Source of the DNA: Octopus vulgaris
Taxonomy: Eukaryota
NCBI GenBank assembly: GCA_951406725.2
Contig: OX597820.1
Coordinates: 41,478,001 to 41,542,000 of the forward strand
DNA length: 64,000 bases
Reading direction: 5' to 3'
A program made the translations under genes and the position numbers. How positions within the stretch are numbered: the first letter of the stretch is position 1; every line of letters begins with the position of its first letter. A model generated the notes under the pieces. That model was not told the origin of the DNA. It ran no database searches and was given only the letters and a program-made list of their open reading frames with translations. Below, piece by piece: positions 56,736 through 64,000 of this stretch.

Positions 56736-56937
56736 TATCATTTTGCTTGTCTCAGTCATTAGACTATGGTCGTGCTGGGGCACCGCACTGAAGAATTTGT
56801 AGTCGGAAAGATCGACTTCAGTACTTATATTTTAAAACCTGGTAAGTATTCGTTCGGTCCGGTTCGAAGAAGCGCTGGATAACAGGTAAATAAACACACC
56901 GCCACCTGTTATCAAGCGGTGGACACACATACACACA

Positions 56938-56991
<54 letters not shown>

Positions 56992-57201
56992 GATATACAT
57001 ATATATAAAGTTAATCCAAACAAGAAAGCACAAAAAAACACAACAACGCGAGGACGTGGAACAAATATAGTATTATTGGACGCTCAGGAAGGAAGGGAAG
57101 AAGGAGGGTTTAACGTTTCGAGAGGAGCTCTTCGTCGGAAACATAGGAGAAGGAAAGATCCAGAGAAGGGAAGACAGGGGAAATATATATATATGTATAT
57201 A

Positions 57202-57292
<91 letters not shown>

Positions 57293-57453
57293 ATATATGC
57301 ATATGCGACGGGATTCTTTCGGTTTCTGTCAACTAAATCCAGTCACAAAGTTTAATAGGCCGTAGGCCATAACGGAAGACACTTGCTCAAGATACCATGC
57401 AGTGGGACTGAATCCAGAACCCATGTGGTTGGGAAGCAAGATTTTTTACCACA
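56736..57453 (-). mobile_element. SINE family A, older copy interrupted by a nested element
   Basis: Head at ~57300-57453 and 3' body at ~56736-56925 both match family A. They are separated by expanded (TA)n/(TG)n and the insert at 57008-57183. Confidence 0.85.
57008..57183 (-). mobile_element. Hammerhead-bearing element nested in the SINE's TA tract (motif at 57108-57142)
   Basis: Minus strand: gttt CCGACGA a gag ctcct ctc GAAACGTT aaac. (TA)n on both sides. Confidence 0.7.
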
Positions 57454-59017
57454 CAAGCACTACAACACACGCATTCATACACGTACACACAAATAAATAT
57501 AAATATATACACACACACAAACATATATATATCCATACACACATGTATATGTACGTACATACAAAAACACTTATTTCACTGTGTGTGCGTCTGTGTGTGC
57601 GCGTGCGCACATTTATCTACATATTTTCTTCTAAGCGTGTATTCATTCTATATTTCTCACAACACATACACAGACTTAAATACACACATATAGGCTTATA
57701 TTTCTACTCTTCTATGAATATATGTTTGTATGAGTGCATGTGTGGCGTAATCAATAATCAATCAGTCAACACGTCATACCTTATAATCAGTTCTATATAT
57801 ATTTTTTATGCCTTCAAAATTAAAACCCTCCCAGACAGAGGTCAACATTTCATAAAATACATAAAAATGTCTCTCATTGCTACCATCAACTTGCTACATA
57901 GACCTTTCATTTATGAAATTTTTTTACCGCGTTGTTTTTTTTTTTTACTTGTATTTTATTTTTTAATATCCATTTATTATTCTTTATCCCTTGATTAAAT
58001 TCGATATCTTTCCACGAGATTTAAGTCGAGAAAAGTCCGCTGCTAATCCATCAACTGAATATTTTCATTCCTAGTTCTTAAACACCGGCCTTACTGCTGC
58101 TGCTCCTGATGGTGGTGCTGCTATTGCTGCCGCCACCGCTGCTGCTGCTGCTGAAGATGATGATTATGATGATGAATACGATGATGAAAATGATGATATA
58201 GGTTTTGTTGATCTTGTTGGAGCTGGTGGTGTGGAAGGTTTTATGCCCAAGGATTTTGACCTCTTGAAAATATTTCTTAATTTCTTTATTCTCTCCCCCT
58301 CTCTCTCCTCCTCTTCCTCTCTTTTTTATCGCTTTCACTTCCTTTCGTTCTCTTTCTCCATCTTGTATATGTACATATATAAACATAGACGCACACACAC
58401 AATCACACACACACACATACACACTCTCTCTCTTTCTCTCTCTAACACACTCACACACATATGTATGTATGTATGCCTGTATGTTTGTACATATGCATTG
58501 TATATATTCATACGCAGACACTTTGTACAATTATATACAAATATATAATTATATGTAGGTTTACACATTTATATACATTTATTTACTTGCATATACGCAT
58601 ATGTGTCTGATGTATAGGTGGAAGGAGCGTGTGTGTACATGAATGTGCGTCTCCTATGCAATAAAATTAATTTTTGTCTTCTGCGCTATTGTTCATCACT
58701 GCAAAGATCTCGACAAAATGTCCATGAATTACCATGAAATAATAATCTTCCATAAAAAAAGGTATTAAAAATGTAGAAAAAAATAAAGAAACAATTTAAA
58801 GTGTCTTATTCACTCTTCCTGTTTTATTACCAGCGAAGTTGTAATGTTTTACAATTATCTCCAGCAAAAAATAAATTAATAAATAGATAAATAAATAAAT
58901 AAAAACTAGAGCAACTACTGGCTGAGACCTAAAACCTATAGTTGATCACTCGACCCACTAGAAATAGTGGACAAATTTCACGCAAGTCACTTTCGTCACC
59001 AAAGAAAGAAAAATCAT

Positions 59018-59425
59018 GCAGAGTGGCTGTGTGGTAAGTAGCTTGTTTACCGGCCACATGGTTCCGGGTTCAGCCCCACTGCGTGCCACCTTGGGCAAGT
59101 GTCTTCTACTATGGCCTCGGGCCGACCAAAGCCTTGTGAGTGGATTTGGTAGACGGAAACTGAAAGAAGCCGGTCGTATATATGTATATATATGCGTGTG
59201 TGTGTTTGTGTGTCTGTGTTTGTCCCCCTAGCATTGCTTGACAACCGATGCTGGTGTGTTTATGTCCCCGTAACTTAGCGGTTCGGCAAAAGAGACCGAT
59301 AGAATAAGTACTGGGCTTACAAAAGAATAAGTCCCAGGGTCGAGTTGCTCGACTAAAGGCGGTGCTCCAGCATGGCCGCAGTCAAATGACTGAAACAAGT
59401 AAAAGAGTAAATGAGTAAAAGAGAG
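59018..59425 (+). mobile_element. SINE family A (full length)
   Basis: Near-identical to 35706-36126. Confidence 0.95.
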
Positions 59426-62167
59426 CAAAATGTCGTTCTAAAGAAAAATGAGACAGCCTTGGATGGAATATGTTTGTGTATAGACATATTAGATGAGAGC
59501 TTACTTGGGACGAAAATACCAAAATAACAAAAGTAGTGCTTAGGATTGTTGACTGAATAGGCTACAGCTTGTAGTATAAATTCAGTACTGTTTCTGTAGA
59601 CAAGATTAGTAACTAACACATGAATCATTCCAGATAGCTGTAAACAGGAAACGTTATTACAGTCCAACGCTCTAAATAGAGATTAGATCCAGAGAGAGAA
59701 AGAGAAGGCAAAGGTGAGAGAGTAATAGTGAATACTAAATGATTAGTCTATATATCGTTTGTTATACTGTTGATGAGATTCCATGTGAAAATAATTTAGA
59801 CAGGGGTGATTTCAATAGCTTTACCTAGCGACCTAATTATTTATGGTAATTAATCACTTTGCAGACACATACGTGCAAAAAATTCCCTTCGGATTCGGAT
59901 ATAATGTTTTCAATATTTAAAAAGAATGATGGTTTTAGTATACTGGACACAAAATGAAACGTTTATTAGATTGCATGTTATTTTTCTCTCTTACCAACAT
60001 TTTGTGTTTACAGTTTAGTGAGGTTGTAAAAGCCAGCACATTTAACGCCTTATCACCAACTTATCTCATCTCAGAGGCAGGTTGGTAGGCAATAGGAAGT
60101 CATTCTGAAATCGGTGATCTGGTTCGAATGCTTGCAGTAGTGTGAACGTAGGTGAAAATACCCAAATGCCTATGTGCTTGTGTCAAACTGGTGAGGGATT
60201 TAGTCTGCTTTCTGTTGTATGAGGAACATCAGGGAATGTGAATCAATTCACATCGTATAATTTGATTTCTAATATCATTGGCTTTCACAGTATGCTTATT
60301 ATACTGAACTCTTGCACTGACTCAAAATTGTTGCTGATTCCTACGTAGAAGTACACTGTGATGAATGAAACAGAGTTTAAAATATTAATAAATCTACCAG
60401 ACGGGAATACTAATGTAAGATTTTTTTGGATGTGTCCAACTATTTAACTTACTACGTTTTGTAAGCAAGTATTGTTTGAAATTATGGTTCAAAGTGATAT
60501 CGTAAACCACTTTATGTTGCACAAGACTTGATCTGTAAGAATTTGGGAAACAAAGGAGTTAAGTTGCCTGTTATTTAAAGAGGAGAAGGCAGACTCATAA
60601 GAATGATGAGGTATACAACAATTTGATTATAGAATTGGAGATGAGAGACATTCGCACGCCAAGCTGGATGAATTCTGTTATAAAGACAGTTATCTCTGTA
60701 TTGTTAATATAACTCACTCTGATCATCTTTACTGTTCAGCGCAGCGTTAATCAAAAGAGGTCAATATATGCAAGAATTAATTTAATGGTCAACTTTTGGA
60801 ATATTGCAAATTCTTATCTTCATAATATTTGATTTTGTAAATAATTAGAAATTTGATGTTCTTTGCTTATACAAATATCATTATTTGGATATTTCAGCAA
60901 GTCGGAGTCCTGAATAATAGTGGTATGAGGCTGATTAATTATTAAAGGGCGATAGTTTAACTAGTCACATTTTAATCGGCATCCATCGCAATGGGCCATA
61001 GGATTTTACAGGAAAGTTAACTTCGTTGCAGGCATTCGGGGAAGATCTAACGTTTCCTTCTCTTCACACTTTTTGTAAATACAATAACCTGAAGATGTTC
61101 AAGTACAGAATTGGGTGCGTCAATCTCGATAGTTCGAGTAGGACGCTAAATATGAACGACTTTTCTCAAAGCTGAGAGCTTTGTAACCGTTTGTGTAGTG
61201 TTGTTTACAATTCCACAGTAATTTAGACATGGCAGTTCTCCTGTAATACTATAGTTTACGTCAATAGTTCAAAAATATTGACGATATTCTGACTGTGGAC
61301 AGATATTTCTACTATTTTGCCAAGAAAAGTTATAAGCCACTTCTTAATTTTGCCAGATCTCCGGAGCCAAATGGACGTATTTAAGACACACCTATAAACA
61401 CATAAAATATTCATATTCACATATACAAAGATGCAAGCCGAACTTGTATGCCTATTAATCCATTAGAAATTGTTAATCTCTTAGAGAAATGTCATTGCTA
61501 ATTGAGGTAGTACCCATGCGATTCACAGCTGAACGCTTCATCTACTGAGCTAATCCTTGAAGTCAATTTTATACTCATAAATCATTACCACTCTACGCCC
61601 CAATTTTCATATCAATTACTCAATCCAACTCAAGATGACTTTTTTGTGTTTTAATTGAATCTCCAGAATATTTAATTAATTTCATTTTTATTTTTCAAAA
61701 TTTCTTTAACGGTTTTGAAGCTCAAAAAATATTTTATGATAAAATGCATTCGTTATTGTAAAAGGAAAATATAATTCTTTAAAACTATTGATTCTTTCCA
61801 TAACTCCAAGAAGATCATTTGGGCGTGTCTTGCATAGTAACAATTGCTATTATATGTGTCTTGCATAATACAATTGATGTTATATGCGGGATCCCCGGAA
61901 GGCTTTCATGCAATTTACTGCTAGTTAACGAAATATTTGTCAATCATGCAATACTATCCATGAGATATACCTTACTATCCATTCTCAGTTATATAGATAT
62001 TGCTGCGGTGATACAAAAGGACTGTGCAACTGACAAAACAGGAATTAAAAGATCTCTCGGTTGTGGGTCAGTATGCTGAGATCTCCATTCTCACACAAGG
62101 GCGTTATTTTCCTTTCTTCTCTTTCTTTTTTGCATGCCTTTTTGCGTTTATTATTACTCGTTTATAA

Positions 62168-62563
62168 GGCGGTGAGCTGGCAGAAGCGTTAGCACGCCGG
62201 GCGAAATGCGTAGCCGTATTTCGTCTGCCTTAACGTTCTGAGTTCAAATTCCGCCGAGGTCGACTTTGCCTTTCATCCTTTCGGGGTCGATAAATTAAAT
62301 ACCAGTTGCGCACTGGGGTCGATGTAATCGACTTAATCCGTTTGTCTGTCCTTGTTTGTCCCCTCTGTGCTTAGCCTCTTGTGGGTAGTAAAGAAATAAG
62401 TATTTCGTCTGTCTTTACGTTCTGAGTTCAAATTCCGCCGAGGTCGACTTTGCTTTTCATCCTTTCGGGGTAAATAAATTAAGTGCCAGTTGCGTACTGG
62501 GGTTGATCTAATCGACTGACCCCCTCCCCCCAAATTTCGCGCCTCTTGCTTAGAGTAGAATAG
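62168..62563 (+). mobile_element. SINE family B (dimeric, full length)
   Basis: tRNA-like head with B box gagttcaaattcc and a duplicated core. Perfect 18-bp TSD attattactcgtttataa at 62150-62167 and 62564-62581. Confidence 0.95.
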
Positions 62564-62744
62564 ATTATTACTCGTTTATAAATAATACTTTTAAGCTACT
62601 TTTGTATGATAAAAACATGGAAAGATTGACTTTGATGCATTTCTTCACGAAAATTGTGCGAGCAAAGGTATGACTATGTGCAATCTTATATACTACGGTA
62701 CGTTAAATAGATACGTCTTTTTTTAAATAATGGTTTCAAATTTC

Positions 62745-63125
62745 ACAAGAGCAGGAATTTTGGGGGATGGGATGAGTCAATTACATTGACCCCGGTGTAA
62801 AACTGGTACTTATTTTATCGAGGATGAAAGTGAAGTCGAACTTGGCGGAATTTGAACTCAGATCCTAGGGACGGGCGAAATACAGTTAAGCATTTCGCCC
62901 AACGCGCTAACGATTCTTTTCTATTTTAGGCACGAGGTCAGATATTTTGAGGGAGGGGGCCTGTCGATTAGATCGATTCCAGTACGCAACTGGTACTTAA
63001 TTTATCGACCTGAAGGATGAAAGCAAAGTCGACCTCGGCGGAATTTGAGCTCAGATTGTAGGGACGGACGAAATACTGTTAAGCATTTCGTCTAACGCGC
63101 TAACGATTCTGCCAGCTCACCGCCT
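62745..63125 (-). mobile_element. Two tandem SINE family B monomers
   Basis: Both reverse complements carry agaatcgttagcgcgtt...gagt/ctcaaattccgcc...ctttcatcct...gtaccagt. Confidence 0.88.
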
Positions 63126-63530
63126 TCGATAACGATTCTGCTAACCCGTGCATAATAGAATCGGATAACGGAATGGGTACCATATGTGTCTGACAGAAAC
63201 TGTGAAGGGGTACGTCATATTGAGAACATACACACGCACACATATACACGTGCACACATACATATTTATATTCACACAAACTGTGTGTGGATATGAATAT
63301 AAGGCTCTGTGAATGTGTTTGTGAGTGTATGTATTTTCGGTGATATATAAATTTGAAGGATATACATAAACTTTAGGCAGCAAACCGAATCACCGGTCCT
63401 TCGTAAACTTTGAGATATTGAGTTTAAAGACTCCTGTGTCATTTTCTCTTCTTTACTTTATAGTGATCATTTCCAAAGGATTTCACATTTGCAAAGGTTT
63501 AGATGAAGACAGAGAGAAAAAGAGAAATTG

Positions 63531-63567
<37 letters not shown>

Positions 63568-63714
63568 AAAGAGAGAAAGAGAGAGATTGTTTGTGTAAGT
63601 GAATTACAGGATGTGCTTATGTGTGCGCATATGTATGTGTGCTCTTGTTGTACCGATGGTAATTTAGGAAGTTTTAAGAAGTAAATATTGTGAAAACCAT
63701 GCAGTCTATCTAGT

Positions 63715-63855
63715 CTCTGGCACTTCAGAATTAGAGCACTGGGCTGAAATTTTGGTTCTACTGTAATGTTTTCGCCTGTAGTATAATGGTAAATCTCGGC
63801 AGACAGTTAAATCGATTCCGGCACTTGACTGGTACTTTTATTGACCCCAAAGGTG
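63715..63855 (-). mobile_element. SINE family B 3' fragment (old)
   Basis: The reverse complement has ggggtcaataaaagtaccagtcaagtgcc and aaatttcagcccagtgctcta. Confidence 0.55.
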
Positions 63856-64000
63856 CGCGTGTGTAAGTGGGTGGTATAATGAAAGTCCAAAAATTTAGAA
63901 GTATTTAAAGTTAGAAGATAAATAGCTGGAACAAATACGAAAAATGTATTTTGTCTGAGTCTCTGCCGCATCTACTAATCTACCATCCTAACTTCCTTGT

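Overview
AT-rich, microsatellite-saturated animal non-coding DNA. The SINE families and the simple-repeat load look like an octopus (coleoid cephalopod) genome; that is an inference from recalled sequence, not a search result. I can support no intact host gene, and nearly all ORFs in the supplied track are translations of (TA)n, (CA)n, (GA)n or trinucleotide repeats. Identifiable content: three tRNA-derived SINE families (several with exact target-site duplications), a decayed DD37D (maT-type) Tc1/mariner element, a fold-back mariner derivative, Tc1/mariner and hAT MITEs, a non-autonomous Helitron, an L1/Tx1 3' fragment, an internally deleted RTE LINE ending in three C2H2 zinc-finger relics, and two decayed Penelope-like (PLE) GIY-YIG fragments. 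The strongest hidden signal is nine type I hammerhead-ribozyme-like motifs in short non-coding elements, many of them inserted in (TA)n tracts. Most have the minimal palindromic stem III known from PLE terminal repeats and retrozymes. They carry unusual core variants: a compensatory U3-A8 pair, U at position 6 in three copies of one family, and a ~20-bp stem II. All structures were folded by eye and cleavage activity is untested.
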